A stretch of DNA of 64,000 nt, from NCBI GenBank assembly GCA_963719515.1, contig CAVRCJ010000003.1, positions 736,001 through 800,000 of the forward strand. The letters are read 5' to 3'. This document shows, one piece after another, positions 10,193-20,300 of this stretch. Made by a program: the position numbers and the translations under genes. Origin of the DNA: an uncultured cyanobacterium (GTDB lineage Bacteria; Cyanobacteriota; Cyanobacteriia; CAKZMO01). Each line of letters opens with the position of its first letter. Position 1 is the first letter of the stretch. Below the pieces are notes generated by a model. It was not told the DNA's origin. It was given only the letters and a program-made list of their open reading frames with translations, and ran no database searches.

Positions 10193-11806
10193 GTGTCCAA
10201 ACTCCGATCAGTATCGCTTGACGATATTTCCAAACAGTTTTTTAGGGCCGCCACTCGTCACTGGAGCACCGTCTGCCTGGGCACAGCGGCCCTGCTGATA
10301 GGGCCTGCTGCCCTAGTCGCCCGCGCCCAAGATTCAGGGGAAGCGCCGCCCTACGATTTTCAAGATGTCTTCTGGGCCTTCATCATCTTGGGATTTTTGG
10401 TGCTTTTAGGGCGGTGGGTGCGTCAGCAGGTTGGCCTCTTCCAGACCTTATTTTTGCCTAGCTCGATTGTGGCGGGGGCGATCGCTTTACTTTTGGGTCC
10501 GGGTGTTTTGGGGGCAATAGCCGGAGATGGCTTGCTGGGCAACGGCCTATTTCCCCAGCCCATTTTGGACGTGTGGTCCACAATTCCGGGCGTGTTTATC
10601 AACATCGTCTTCGCCACCATTTTCTTAGGGGAATTCATTCCGCCTCCAGGCGAAATTTGGCGGCGGGCCTCCCCCCAAGTGGCCTTTGGTCAGTCCATAG
10701 CCTGGGGCCAATACGTGGTGGGACTGCTGCTGGCTATCCTGGTGCTCGGCCCTGTGTTCGGCCTACCGCCGATGGCGGGCGCTCTGATTGAAATTGGCTT
10801 CGAGGGCGGCCACGGTACGGCGGCGGGCATGGCGGAGGTATTCAACGAGCTGGGCTTTGAGGAAGGGCCAGACTTAGCCATCGGCATGGCCACTGTGGGC
10901 ATTGTGACCGGTATTTTGGCCGGGGTAGCTCTGGCCAACTGGGGCCGTATGAAGGGTCACACCGCCGCTAGCCGCACAGACGAGTCAATCCCAGCAGATG
11001 CCCAGGACCGGATGCCGGTGGAGCAAGAGCGCCCCGAAATCACTGAGCGCCGTCAGCGCCACCTCGGCAGCCTGCTAGTGGACCCACTGACGCTGCAGTT
11101 TGGATTTGTGGGGGTGGCGATCGCCGTTGGCTGGGCCATCCTACAGCTGCTGACTTTGTTTGAGTCCGTCACCTGGAATCGCGGCGGCGAGGGACTAGAG
11201 GTGCTGGGCGGCATTCCGCTGTTTCCAATGGCGCTGGTGGGCGGCATTATTGTTCAGGTGCTTCTAGAGCGCTTCGACAAGCAGTATCTTGTCAGCCGCC
11301 CGCTCATGGTGCGCATCGGTGGGGTAGCGCTAGACGCAACGATTGTGGCAGCCCTGGCATCTATCAGTCTGGCGATTATCGGCCAAAATCTAGGCGCGTT
11401 TGCCACGCTGGCGATCGCCGGTATTATCTGGAACGTCCTTTGCTTCCTCTATCTCGCACCCCGCATGATTCCTACCCACTGGTTCGAGCGGGGCATAGGA
11501 GACATGGGCCAGTCTATGGGCGTAACGGCAACGGGCATCTTGCTGATGCGCATGGTAGACCCCAAGGACAAAACCGGGGCATTCGAGAGCTTTGGCTACA
11601 AGCAGCTGTTTTTTGAGCCCATTGTGGGAGGCGGCCTGTTTACTGGCGCGGCTCCGGTGCTGATCAACCGCTTTGGCCCTGTGGCGGTGCTGGCCCTGAC
11701 GGGAGCGCTGCTGGTGTTCTGGATTGTTTTTGGGTTCTGGAACTACAAGAAGATCACTAAAGCTATGGAAGCTGGTGAGGTTCGCGAGCCCGTGGCGGTG
11801 AAGTGA
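10193..11806 (+). CDS. gltS: Sodium/glutamate symporter (ESS family)
   Basis: GFEGGHGTAAG, GQSMGVTATG motifs; multiple TM; start position uncertain. Confidence 0.85.
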   Translation: MSKLRSVSLDDISKQFFRAATRHWSTVCLGTAALLIGPAALVARAQDSGEAPPYDFQDVFWAFIILGFLVLLGRWVRQQVGLFQTLFLPSSIVAGAIALLLGPGVLGAIAGDGLLGNGLFPQPILDVWSTIPGVFINIVFATIFLGEFIPPPGEIWRRASPQVAFGQSIAWGQYVVGLLLAILVLGPVFGLPPMAGALIEIGFEGGHGTAAGMAEVFNELGFEEGPDLAIGMATVGIVTGILAGVALANWGRMKGHTAASRTDESIPADAQDRMPVEQERPEITERRQRHLGSLLVDPLTLQFGFVGVAIAVGWAILQLLTLFESVTWNRGGEGLEVLGGIPLFPMALVGGIIVQVLLERFDKQYLVSRPLMVRIGGVALDATIVAALASISLAIIGQNLGAFATLAIAGIIWNVLCFLYLAPRMIPTHWFERGIGDMGQSMGVTATGILLMRMVDPKDKTGAFESFGYKQLFFEPIVGGGLFTGAAPVLINRFGPVAVLALTGALLVFWIVFGFWNYKKITKAMEAGEVREPVAVK

Positions 11807-11985
11807 TCGCGAATTCGCTGTTGGGGCGGGGGGGCTACGGCATCTGTACTCCAGCGGCGCGGCGTTGCGGTGTCGTTGGGCTAGAAGCTCAAAGGGTATA
11901 GCAAATGCCCTAAGTATTAGGACATTTGCGCGCCGCATTGCCTCTGCTGTGTAAAGGTCTGAGCCCACGGCACTGTCCTAAGCGC

Positions 11986-12009
11986 CTGACCCGCTGCGCA
12001 GCGGGTCAG
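11986..12009. repeat. Perfect palindrome between convergent genes (REP-like or terminator)
   Basis: ctgacccgctgcgcagcgggtcag. Confidence 0.6.
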
Positions 12010-12065
12010 CCTAGGAAAAAACTGCTAGTTTCTTAGAAGCAATCTGGCCAAAGCTATAAGTTTGC

Positions 12066-12821
12066 TCAGTTGACAGCAGCGTCAACGCAATAGAAAGCAA
12101 ACCGCAGCGGAGAGTCTGCCGTCTCCACCGCCACCGCCCCAACGTAGTCTACGGGCAAAGAAAGCTCCTTCAGCTCCCAGTGGCTGGCCTCGTCTGGCTT
12201 GCCCTGAACCGCCAAAAGAGCGGCGGGTTTCTCCGGCCTCAGCGTCACCTCTACCTGGCTTGGCGACAGCGATAGGCCAACCCCAACTGCCTTGAGATAG
12301 GCTTCTTTACGAGTCCAGGCCGTCAAAAACGCTCGGCGGTGGCCATCCGCCAGGCTAAAGAGCGCCCCCTGCTCTCGGGCAGTCAAGCAGTGCCGCGCCA
12401 TCTCCTGCCACGACAGGGTCCTGCGGACAAATTCCACATCCACCCCCACCTCGCGGCCCCGCGTAACGGCATACACCGCCAGCTCTTGAGAATGGGCTAG
12501 GTTAAACCTCAGGGCATCGCAATGCTGATCTAAGGCGGGTTTTCCGTGAGTGCCATAGCAAAACCGAATCTCCCTCGCCTGCCGCTTTAAGTAGCACCCC
12601 AGAATATTCCTCAGTACCCCGCGCGCCGCGACGTAGCGCTTCCGGTCCCGCTCAAAGTGAAAGCGATCGGCGCGTTGACGCTCATCTGGGCTAAGGCATC
12701 GTTCTAGCACCCGGTACGCTGCCGCATCTCGGCTCAGCCTGGTGCACCAGAGGTGGACATCGCGATCGCCCAAGGTGAGGTCGGCGGGTGGGGGAAGCCA
12801 GGGCTCGGGGTGGGTCGTCAT
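12066..12821 (-). CDS. Sfp/HetI-type 4'-phosphopantetheinyl transferase
   Basis: GKP, FNLAHS, VGVDVE, WTRKEAYLKAVG. Confidence 0.92.
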   Translation of the reverse strand: MTTHPEPWLPPPADLTLGDRDVHLWCTRLSRDAAAYRVLERCLSPDERQRADRFHFERDRKRYVAARGVLRNILGCYLKRQAREIRFCYGTHGKPALDQHCDALRFNLAHSQELAVYAVTRGREVGVDVEFVRRTLSWQEMARHCLTAREQGALFSLADGHRRAFLTAWTRKEAYLKAVGVGLSLSPSQVEVTLRPEKPAALLAVQGKPDEASHWELKELSLPVDYVGAVAVETADSPLRFAFYCVDAAVN

Positions 12822-12866
12822 GAATGGGGCTAGCTCTTGCTAAAGGCGATAGGGACTCTACCCCCG

Positions 12867-14564
12867 CTAAAGGCGATCGCTAATGACGCCGCGCACCGCC
12901 GAAATCGCCACCGTCCGGGGTGAGGCCAGGTAGTTTTGCGCCGAGGGGTCGCCGCTGCGGCCCTTAAAGTTGCGGTTCGTCGCGTAGATGCCCGCCTCGT
13001 GTTTTCCCAGCACCCCGCGTCCCGCGTTGATGCAGGCCCCGCAGCCTGATTTGAGCACCTGCGCCCCGGCCGCCTCCAGCCAGTCTAGGTAGCCCAGCGC
13101 CTTAGCCTGCTGCCGCACCTCTTGGGAGGCGGGCACCACAAACAGGCTTACCTCGGGGGCCACCCGCTGCCCCTTAATGGCGATCGCCGCCTCGGCCAAA
13201 TCGTGCAGCTTTCCCCCGGTGCAGGAGCCGACAAAGGCTCGGGTAATCGGTACGGCGTTCAGCTGACTCACCGGCACCACCTGGTCTGGCTTAGGGGGGC
13301 AGGCCACCTGGGGCTCTAGCTGGCTGAGGTCGAAGCGATAGTGCTGGGCGTACTGGGCCTCTGCGTCGGGCGGCACGACATCAAAAGGGGTAGAACTGCG
13401 CCCATCCACGTACCGCCGCGTCACCTCGTCCACCGCCATCAGCCCGCACACCGCTCCGCATTCCACCGCCATGTTCGCTAGCGTCATCCGCTCATCCATG
13501 GGCAGCTGCGCGATCGCCTCGCCGCAAAACTCCAGCACCTGACCCCGAGCCCCATCGCAGCCCAGCTGCCCCAGCAAAAACAGCATGATGTCCTTGGCGC
13601 TGAGGTGCGGCGGCAAGGTTCCCGACAGCTCAACGCTCAGCGTTGCCGGAACCCGCAGCCATAGGTCCCCCATGGCGAAGATGTTGGCCATATCTGTGGT
13701 GCCCACCCCCGTCGCAAAGCAGCCAAACGCGCCGTAGGTGCAGCTGTGGGAGTCGGTGCCCGCCACCACCATGCCGGGGCGAATGAAGCCGCGCTCGGGC
13801 AGCAGCACGTGGCAAATGCCCGCCGCCTCTCCTGGCGAGACCACATCCAGCAGGTGACAGCCCTGCCGCTGGGCAAACTCCACCATCTGCCGGTGCATTA
13901 AGGGGGCTCTGGGGTCGGGGCGAATGTCGTTAATCTGGATAAAGTGGTCGGCCACCAGGACCACCTTGTCAGGGTCCCAGACCCGCGCAGCTTCTCCGAA
14001 GTGCTGGTGAAACAGCTGCCCCACCGGACCGGCGATCGCGTCGTGAGACATGGCTAAATCCACCTGGGCAAAGACGACGTCTCCCGGCTGCAGGTAAGCG
14101 TTGCCCGAGGCGCGGGCCAGCAGCTTTTCGGCCATGGTCATCGGGCGGGCGGCGGTCGCCACTTTGGGAACGGAAATGCCTCCTCGGCGGCGCTGCTGGT
14201 TAAAGGGAATCAGCCCCCCTGCCTGGGTAATGGCCCCTACCACGGGATGAGACTGGGGCTGGTCAATAATCTCTAGCGGTAAGCCAATGTTGATGCTGTT
14301 GCGGTAGAAGATTTCGGCAAAAGACTGTGCCCGCACCAGCCGAATACCCGCGGCTTTGATGGCAACAGGGGCAAACTCTCGGCTAGAGCCGCAGCCAAAG
14401 TTGCGCCCCGCCTCGATGACGTCATACTGAGCTAGATTCCCTGCGCCGATTAGGTGCTCGAAGGCGTAGTGGGCTAGGTGGTCTAAGCTGTCGTTGGTGC
14501 CCCGCTGAGCGGGGATGATGTCGTCGGTGTTGATGTCGTCGCCGAGCGTGAGGATGCGGTTCAT
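12867..14564 (-). CDS. Fused LeuD-LeuC type aconitase-family dehydratase (isopropylmalate isomerase/homoaconitase-like)
   Basis: N-terminal DDINTDDIIP and NFGCGSSRE (small subunit), then TMAEKLL, GICH, DSHSC, GSCTGG, CGAC, NRNFKGR (large subunit). Confidence 0.9.
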   Translation of the reverse strand: MNRILTLGDDINTDDIIPAQRGTNDSLDHLAHYAFEHLIGAGNLAQYDVIEAGRNFGCGSSREFAPVAIKAAGIRLVRAQSFAEIFYRNSINIGLPLEIIDQPQSHPVVGAITQAGGLIPFNQQRRRGGISVPKVATAARPMTMAEKLLARASGNAYLQPGDVVFAQVDLAMSHDAIAGPVGQLFHQHFGEAARVWDPDKVVLVADHFIQINDIRPDPRAPLMHRQMVEFAQRQGCHLLDVVSPGEAAGICHVLLPERGFIRPGMVVAGTDSHSCTYGAFGCFATGVGTTDMANIFAMGDLWLRVPATLSVELSGTLPPHLSAKDIMLFLLGQLGCDGARGQVLEFCGEAIAQLPMDERMTLANMAVECGAVCGLMAVDEVTRRYVDGRSSTPFDVVPPDAEAQYAQHYRFDLSQLEPQVACPPKPDQVVPVSQLNAVPITRAFVGSCTGGKLHDLAEAAIAIKGQRVAPEVSLFVVPASQEVRQQAKALGYLDWLEAAGAQVLKSGCGACINAGRGVLGKHEAGIYATNRNFKGRSGDPSAQNYLASPRTVAISAVRGVISDRL

Positions 14565-14740
14565 AGGGGAGATAGATGAGTCACGGCTTCATAAGATCGC
14601 CCACTAAGGGCTAGCGCTCGCGCTAACGAAGGCGCTAGCTCTCGGTGGGAAGCGCTCAGTAGATTACAAGCTGCCGAGGGAAGTCCACGGAAACAGACTG
14701 CGGAGAGGCGTGCCGTTGCTCGAAATATAAGTCTGCACAT

Positions 14741-14793
14741 CTTAACCCGCTTGAGCGAGTCCCAGCTAGCGCCAACTCTCAGCTGCGGGCGGG
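14741..14793. repeat. REP-like hairpin element related to 23923-24068
   Basis: Reverse complement contains cccgcagctga...gctag...cgctcaagcgggttaag, matching cccgcggctga...gctag...cgctcaagcgggttaag at ~23926-23976. Confidence 0.65.
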
Positions 14794-14812
14794 ATAACAG
14801 CGAGACCAACAC

Positions 14813-16012
14813 CTAATCGTGAGTCAGACTGTTTCCCAAGCAGCCCAAATCTTGGGGCACATGCTCCGCAAGCAGCGCCGCCACCTCCTCCACTGAGAAG
14901 GAGCGCTTCTCTTCAAGGGCGATCGCCTTCACCATGGCCCTCAGCCGCTCGTACTGCGATCGCTCTAGCGGCTGGCCCAGGTGCTGCTCGAATAAGTACT
15001 GCAGGTTGCTGGCACCGCTGCACTTGCCAAACCAAATCTCCGGCTCACCATAGGAGAGCGCCGCATAGCTTTGGCGATCGCGCAGCAGAGAGCTGACGTG
15101 AATGCCAGATTCGTGGCGCTGCGCTTGGGGTGAGTAGGGCGGGTGGGGGCGCAGGTTGCGGATGTGCAGATAGTCGGTTACCCGGTCTAAAGCGTCGTAG
15201 TCGATGCCCGCCACCTCCCACCCAAATCGCGCCCGGAGCCCTCGCAACAGCTGCTCTAGCGCCACGTTTCCGGCCCGCTCCCCAATGCCCCCAAACGTCC
15301 CCGAAATCCCCAGGGCTCCGGCCCGCACGGCCTGGATAGCGTTCTCCAGCGCTAGCCCCATGTCGTTGTGAAAATGCACTCCGAGGGGGACTGACGTGTA
15401 CTCCAGCAGGTCATGAATCCAAACGAAGCTCTTTTCCGGCGTGAGGATACCGACGGTGTCGCAGAGCAACAGTTGGTCAATATAGGGGCCAAGGGCGTTG
15501 ATGCAGTCCACCAAAAAATGAAAGTCAGCGCGGCTGGCGTCCTCAGCGGCGAAGCAAACCCGCAGTCCCTGAGCGCGGGCGTAGCGCACGTGCTCCAGCG
15601 CGTTGTCTAGCATTCGCTGCCGCATGGCCTGAACCACAGCGGCGGGAATGGCATCGTCGATGGTCTTGCCTTTAAGGGCAGGGTCAGCGGCGATCGCGCT
15701 GTCTCTCAAGAACAAAAGGCGATCGGAAACAGCGTGAAAGAGAATCACCTGGCTGACCCCACAGCCTTTAGACTGGTCGATGGCGGCGCGCTTCATCAAC
15801 GTCGAGGCAGCCACCTGCCCTAACCCTGAGGTGACCAGACTGGTGACGAGCTGCGCTTCGCTGGAGTGGATGCCCGGCATTAGGGCAATTTGATGAACGC
15901 CGGTTTGGGCGATTAGGTCTGCTAAGGCCGCTTTGTCATCAATAAAAAGTCCAACTTGCTGTTCTCCATCACGCAGGGTTTCGTCGGAAATAAGTAAGTT
16001 GAGCGTCTCCAT
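14813..16012 (-). CDS. DRE-TIM acyl-CoA condensing enzyme (isopropylmalate/homocitrate synthase-like)
   Basis: DETLRDGEQ, AEDASR, CDTVG, HFHND, GIGERAGN, HESGIH. Confidence 0.85.
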   Translation of the reverse strand: METLNLLISDETLRDGEQQVGLFIDDKAALADLIAQTGVHQIALMPGIHSSEAQLVTSLVTSGLGQVAASTLMKRAAIDQSKGCGVSQVILFHAVSDRLLFLRDSAIAADPALKGKTIDDAIPAAVVQAMRQRMLDNALEHVRYARAQGLRVCFAAEDASRADFHFLVDCINALGPYIDQLLLCDTVGILTPEKSFVWIHDLLEYTSVPLGVHFHNDMGLALENAIQAVRAGALGISGTFGGIGERAGNVALEQLLRGLRARFGWEVAGIDYDALDRVTDYLHIRNLRPHPPYSPQAQRHESGIHVSSLLRDRQSYAALSYGEPEIWFGKCSGASNLQYLFEQHLGQPLERSQYERLRAMVKAIALEEKRSFSVEEVAALLAEHVPQDLGCLGNSLTHD

Positions 16013-16127
16013 CCGGCTATTGCAAAAGTGAACAGCGATACACAGCAGGCAGGGCCCGCGAGTCAGCCCAGATCAAGCTCCGTCGGGTGCGGGGCCCCGC
16101 TCATCATCGCACATGCTGCAGCGCTCG

Positions 16128-16873
16128 TCAGGGGGTTGTGGCATCTTCGAGAATGCGAAAGCTGCCGCTGCTGCCAACGCGATCGCCCGCGCGAATGCCG
16201 TTCGCCGTTGACCCCGAATAGTACCCCTGCCCCGCCAAACGCTGCACCACGATAGGACCGCCCTCCTAGAGGTGATCTGACCCGCGTGGACGGCGGCGGT
16301 GCAGAGAGAAGAGTCCTGGCTGTATGAGTCGCTCCCCCACACCGGCTCAGCTGACCCCGCAGGGCAGAAGTAGGCTTCGAGGGGGGACGGCTGCCGCCAG
16401 TTGGGGGCGGCGGTGGTGGCCCAGGTGATGGGGTGGAGTGGCAGATCGCCGAAGGCCGTGGGCAGCAGGTCAGCGACAAAATCTCGGGGGTTGGTGAAGG
16501 TGAAGCTAGCGGCGGTAGCGGCGCGACTGCTGGTGGAGATCTCGTTGCGATCGCTTCCCGTTACCGCGTCTCCCGGCAAGATGCGAATGGCGATCGCCCC
16601 GCCCTCCTCTAAGGTGATCAGGCCCGCGTGGACGGCGGCGCTGCAAACCGATGAGTTGCTGCTGTAGCGGTCGGTGCCCCAGGTGGGGGACGGGGTCCCG
16701 CTGGGCGGGCAGTAGAGGGTGACGTCTTCGCCGACGCGATTTTCGTAGGCGATCGCCCTATCTGACCAGGTGAGGGTGGGGATGCTGGGGGCAGCCGAAG
16801 CGGGCCGCGCGAGGCCCAGCAGAACGGCTAGAATCAGCGCTAGCGATCGTCCTAAGCCCGTGGTGATGCGCAT
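16128..16873 (-). pseudogene. Secreted tandem LCCL-domain protein with a frameshift at ~16270 (pseudogene or assembly error)
   Basis: Two CP..WG.D.YS..SS.C.AAVHAG repeats; the second continues in another frame as EGGPIVVQRLAGQGYYSGSTANGI...ATTP*. Confidence 0.75.
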
Positions 16874-16898
16874 CAGGGTTGGCCGCGCTGGGAATAGA

Positions 16899-19800
16899 CT
16901 ACGCATCAGGCCGCGTCTCCGGCATCATGCACTTGTCCGAATCACATCCGGCAGGCCCTGCCTCCAGCCGCTCACCCAAGTCGTAGCGGACCAGCGCTTT
17001 GTAGAAGTCGTCCACCGACCGCCGCTCACACACCTTGCCCATCAGCTGCTCGTACTGAGCTTTGTCGATGGGCTCAAAGGGTAGGCGGGGGAAGGTCTGA
17101 TGGTCATCGAAGCGGGACAGCAGCGCCGCCGACATGTAGCCTGCATCGGTTTCAATAGCCTGGTGAATTGCCTCCGCCAGCGGCTCTACTTCCGGCTCCC
17201 GCAGCTCGATGGTAGCGCTGGTGTTGTGGGTAGTGTAGTGCTGCTGCACCTGCATATAGAAGTCAAACTGAGCTAGGGCGGAGAATTGGCTAATATCGAT
17301 TTGATCTGCGCCCGGTAGGTTGGCCCAGCTCACCTCTGTGGGAATTTCCACCAGCCACTCGGTGCAGCGCGGGTCAAAGGGGTCATCTAGCAGCCGCCCC
17401 TGCTCGTCTTTGTCGGACTGGGCGGGCACGACGCTGTAACCGTAGTCGATGCAGGCTAAAGCTACCGGGTCGCTCTTTCCAAAGGTGATGCGGCGAATGA
17501 ACCGCTGGGCTTTGGGGGGGTGCCAGCCGGAGGAGGCCCCGGTGAGCAGGCTCTTGGTGCCCGCAGGCTGAACGGTGGTGCAGCGGTTGGGCCGCTTGAT
17601 GCCGTGGCGATCGCAGTAGTCCCATACGGTGGCGTGGACGATGTCGCGCCAGCGGTTGAGATACGCCTTCTCCTGCTGCTTGAACTCCAGCCCGCGCATG
17701 GTGTTGGGGCGACCTGCTTCCCACCACTGCAGCCATTCGACGCCAAACGCATGGACGAAGAAGTCAAACAGGCCGGTGAAGGAGACGCCGACGATGGGGT
17801 CCATCTCCCGCGATCGCCGGTAGCGCGGCTCTTGGAAGCGATGGTTGAGCAGGGCGGCGACGGAGAGGGCACCGGCTTTGAAGGCGGCTTCCTGCTCGTC
17901 GGGGTTGTCGGGGTTGAGCTGGTTGAGGTGGACTTCGGCCAAGTTGCAGTGGAAGTCTACGCCGATTATTTCGCCGCAGTTGTGGGCAACGAAGCCGTTG
18001 GCGTCAAAGCGAGCCGGGCCAGGGACGGTGCAGTCGTAAACCGGCTCGATACCGTCTGGTTCGACGCTGCTGACGCGCACTGCAAACTGACCGTGCTGAA
18101 GTCCGTAACGATAGCCTTGCATCAAAGACTCTAACTGCTGCTCCTTTTCGACTTCCGTAAAATGAATCAGCTTATCGAAGATGTAGACACTGTCATTGCT
18201 AATAACTAATTCGTATTGAACTTTATCTGCTTGAGATTGGGATCCGCGTAGAGAGCTTTGAAGCGAACGCTTATCTGTCAGAGGAAGGGTTTGGCAGATA
18301 GTAGATGCCATACCTAGACGTAGCAGCATACGCTGGACGGCTTTAAGAAATTCCAGATCGCTTTCAATAAGGCGAATACTAATGTCTTTGTGCTGCCGCT
18401 CTTGTACAAAGCCATCAACGTTAAACAACTCCTCTAAAAAGCCAAGATAGAAATCGTAGCTCGCTGACTCTATGGCGGGAGTAATAGTTTTTTGTCCGGA
18501 GTTGTTAATGCTGTAGCTCTTGGCCAATTCTTGGACGTTAATGGGAGGAGTTTGCGTGTATCCGTCCAGCTCATACCGTATGACGCTTTGGTACCCAGCG
18601 AGACTAAGCTTTTTCCTCATAAAGCTGCTTAGTAGCTTGCCTTCCTCTTTTGTACCTGATCCTTTCCAACCGCGAAAAGGGTCATGCTCGTGGATAAAGA
18701 CACGATTACCTGGGCGTAGCTCTCCGGCCTCGATCCACTCCTCATCCTCTTCTGTCCGAGTCCAGGATGTTGCCTTAAGAAGCTTATGATTCTCAGTGAG
18801 ACGAAGCTCGTAGCCCTCATTCGTTACTACCTTGACCACAGGCTTTTCGCCAGTGCAAAAGAAACCCTCTTCCGTAGTGCTGTGTAATTTGCCATCTACA
18901 TACACGTTTATAGAGCGTTGCTCATTTTTTAACTCACTCACCTGGCGAGCACCGTGCTCGGTATGGACCCAGGTATCCGCAGTAACGCAGGGATTGAGGC
19001 CATAGCGCTCCGTACGGTGCTTCAGCTCCTCAGCAGCTAAAGGCTCTACACCAGAGTTAGACGCCAGCTCCTGTAGGTAGGATTGAGCTGCTTCCGGAGA
19101 GCTGGTGTAGCGCTTCAGAAACTCAGCCTTCTCCTCAGGCGATCGCACCAAATCCACATTCGCCCGCGCGATCGCCTCTCCTGCCCATTGGATAGCGCCT
19201 TCCCCAGAGTAATACTGCTTGCGCACCGCCGCTTGGCATTCTTCTAGCGAGGGCTTGTGGTGAAACACGCGGGTATGGTTGGCCATGCGCAGCACGTCTC
19301 GCTCGGGGTCAATGCGCCAGCTCCCGTCTGCATCCTGTCCCCATAAATTATCCTTAGCTTGAGCCGCCTGATCGTCGTCGCTGCCAAACTGACGAATTCC
19401 CGCGCTGCGCCGAATATTCCCGGCAACAACACAAGCTGCCGCCTCATCAATCAACAGGCAGCATTCCACCGACGTCAGTTTCCGGCCCTGCGCCTTATTG
19501 AGAATATTGGCGCAGCGCTGGTAAAGCCTAGGCAGGCGCACAGGATTGGCCACGCCGCCGAATCCCTTTAGCTTCTCTCCCGCTGGCCGCACGTGGCTCA
19601 GGTCCACCGTGACGCTTATCTCGCCAGTAAACCGCTCATCGGTCGATAGCTCCAGCAGCGCTTGATACGACGACACCCAACCCTGACGGCTATCGCCCAC
19701 CCGAATGTGGACCTCGTGGTCATCGATTGAGACTTCGGTTTTCTCCTGGCGCTGCTCTGCCGGAACGGTGCCGATGTCGCTCTGCGTCACCACCTGCAGC

Positions 19801-20234
19801 AGATTGCGAGGACAGGGAATCAGGTTAATGTACTTGTGCTCTAGCACCGCTCCCGTGCCGCAGCCCATCATGGCTAGGTCCATCATTAGGCCAAAGGCCT
19901 GCCAGTCGATGACGTTGGTGCTGGTGCAGTTATAGGCCCCAGAAAAGTTCTCCGGCTTCTCTAGCCAAGCCGTGCCGCCCACCCACAGCCAGCGCCCCGA
20001 GGGCATCGCCTTAAGCTGCTGCTGCATCTGGCCCACTAGCTCGGCCTCGCGCTCCGAAAGCTGACCTAGCTTCACCAACCCAGTGAGAGTGCGATCGCAC
20101 ATTTGCCCCCAGGTTTCGCGGGTGGCGTCGGGGTCGCTGCCGCGGCGGCTGTAGGTCCTGTAGAAGACGGCGGGGGCTGCGGGAGCTGAAGCGGGAAAGC
20201 TTGCTTGACGGGACCGTTCGATGTTTTGAACCAC
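16899..20234 (-). CDS. nrdJ: Class II (adenosylcobalamin-dependent) ribonucleotide reductase, intein-containing
   Basis: PSGRWLW, AYNC, GNIRRSA, NP[intein]CGE, TTVQPAGTKS, C-terminal CDSDKC. Confidence 0.95.
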   Translation of the reverse strand: MVQNIERSRQASFPASAPAAPAVFYRTYSRRGSDPDATRETWGQMCDRTLTGLVKLGQLSEREAELVGQMQQQLKAMPSGRWLWVGGTAWLEKPENFSGAYNCTSTNVIDWQAFGLMMDLAMMGCGTGAVLEHKYINLIPCPRNLLQVVTQSDIGTVPAEQRQEKTEVSIDDHEVHIRVGDSRQGWVSSYQALLELSTDERFTGEISVTVDLSHVRPAGEKLKGFGGVANPVRLPRLYQRCANILNKAQGRKLTSVECCLLIDEAAACVVAGNIRRSAGIRQFGSDDDQAAQAKDNLWGQDADGSWRIDPERDVLRMANHTRVFHHKPSLEECQAAVRKQYYSGEGAIQWAGEAIARANVDLVRSPEEKAEFLKRYTSSPEAAQSYLQELASNSGVEPLAAEELKHRTERYGLNPCVTADTWVHTEHGARQVSELKNEQRSINVYVDGKLHSTTEEGFFCTGEKPVVKVVTNEGYELRLTENHKLLKATSWTRTEEDEEWIEAGELRPGNRVFIHEHDPFRGWKGSGTKEEGKLLSSFMRKKLSLAGYQSVIRYELDGYTQTPPINVQELAKSYSINNSGQKTITPAIESASYDFYLGFLEELFNVDGFVQERQHKDISIRLIESDLEFLKAVQRMLLRLGMASTICQTLPLTDKRSLQSSLRGSQSQADKVQYELVISNDSVYIFDKLIHFTEVEKEQQLESLMQGYRYGLQHGQFAVRVSSVEPDGIEPVYDCTVPGPARFDANGFVAHNCGEIIGVDFHCNLAEVHLNQLNPDNPDEQEAAFKAGALSVAALLNHRFQEPRYRRSREMDPIVGVSFTGLFDFFVHAFGVEWLQWWEAGRPNTMRGLEFKQQEKAYLNRWRDIVHATVWDYCDRHGIKRPNRCTTVQPAGTKSLLTGASSGWHPPKAQRFIRRITFGKSDPVALACIDYGYSVVPAQSDKDEQGRLLDDPFDPRCTEWLVEIPTEVSWANLPGADQIDISQFSALAQFDFYMQVQQHYTTHNTSATIELREPEVEPLAEAIHQAIETDAGYMSAALLSRFDDHQTFPRLPFEPIDKAQYEQLMGKVCERRSVDDFYKALVRYDLGERLEAGPAGCDSDKCMMPETRPDA
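17979..18989 (-). mobile_element. Intein (337 aa) with degenerate LAGLIDADG endonuclease
   Basis: Starts CVTADTWV, block B LRLTENHK, ends VYDCTV...NGFVAHN followed by C+1; FLEELFNVDG LAGLIDADG-like block; more AT-rich than exteins. Confidence 0.92.
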
Positions 20235-20253
20235 GGCGATTGACTCTAAGTTA

Positions 20254-20300
20254 ACTCTAGATGTAGCGTACTATTTTGAGATAACCACTATATTAAGCCA
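20254..20300. promoter_or_regulatory. Tandem NrdR boxes upstream of nrdJ
   Basis: actctagatgtagcgt (20254) and ccactatattaagcca (20285), 31 bp apart, resembling acaCwAtATaTwGtg. Confidence 0.65.

Noticed and set aside
14561..14812. 83-aa ORF as a possible acyl carrier protein near the PPTase
   Set aside because: Basic rather than acidic, no convincing ACP pattern, and it overlaps a REP-like element
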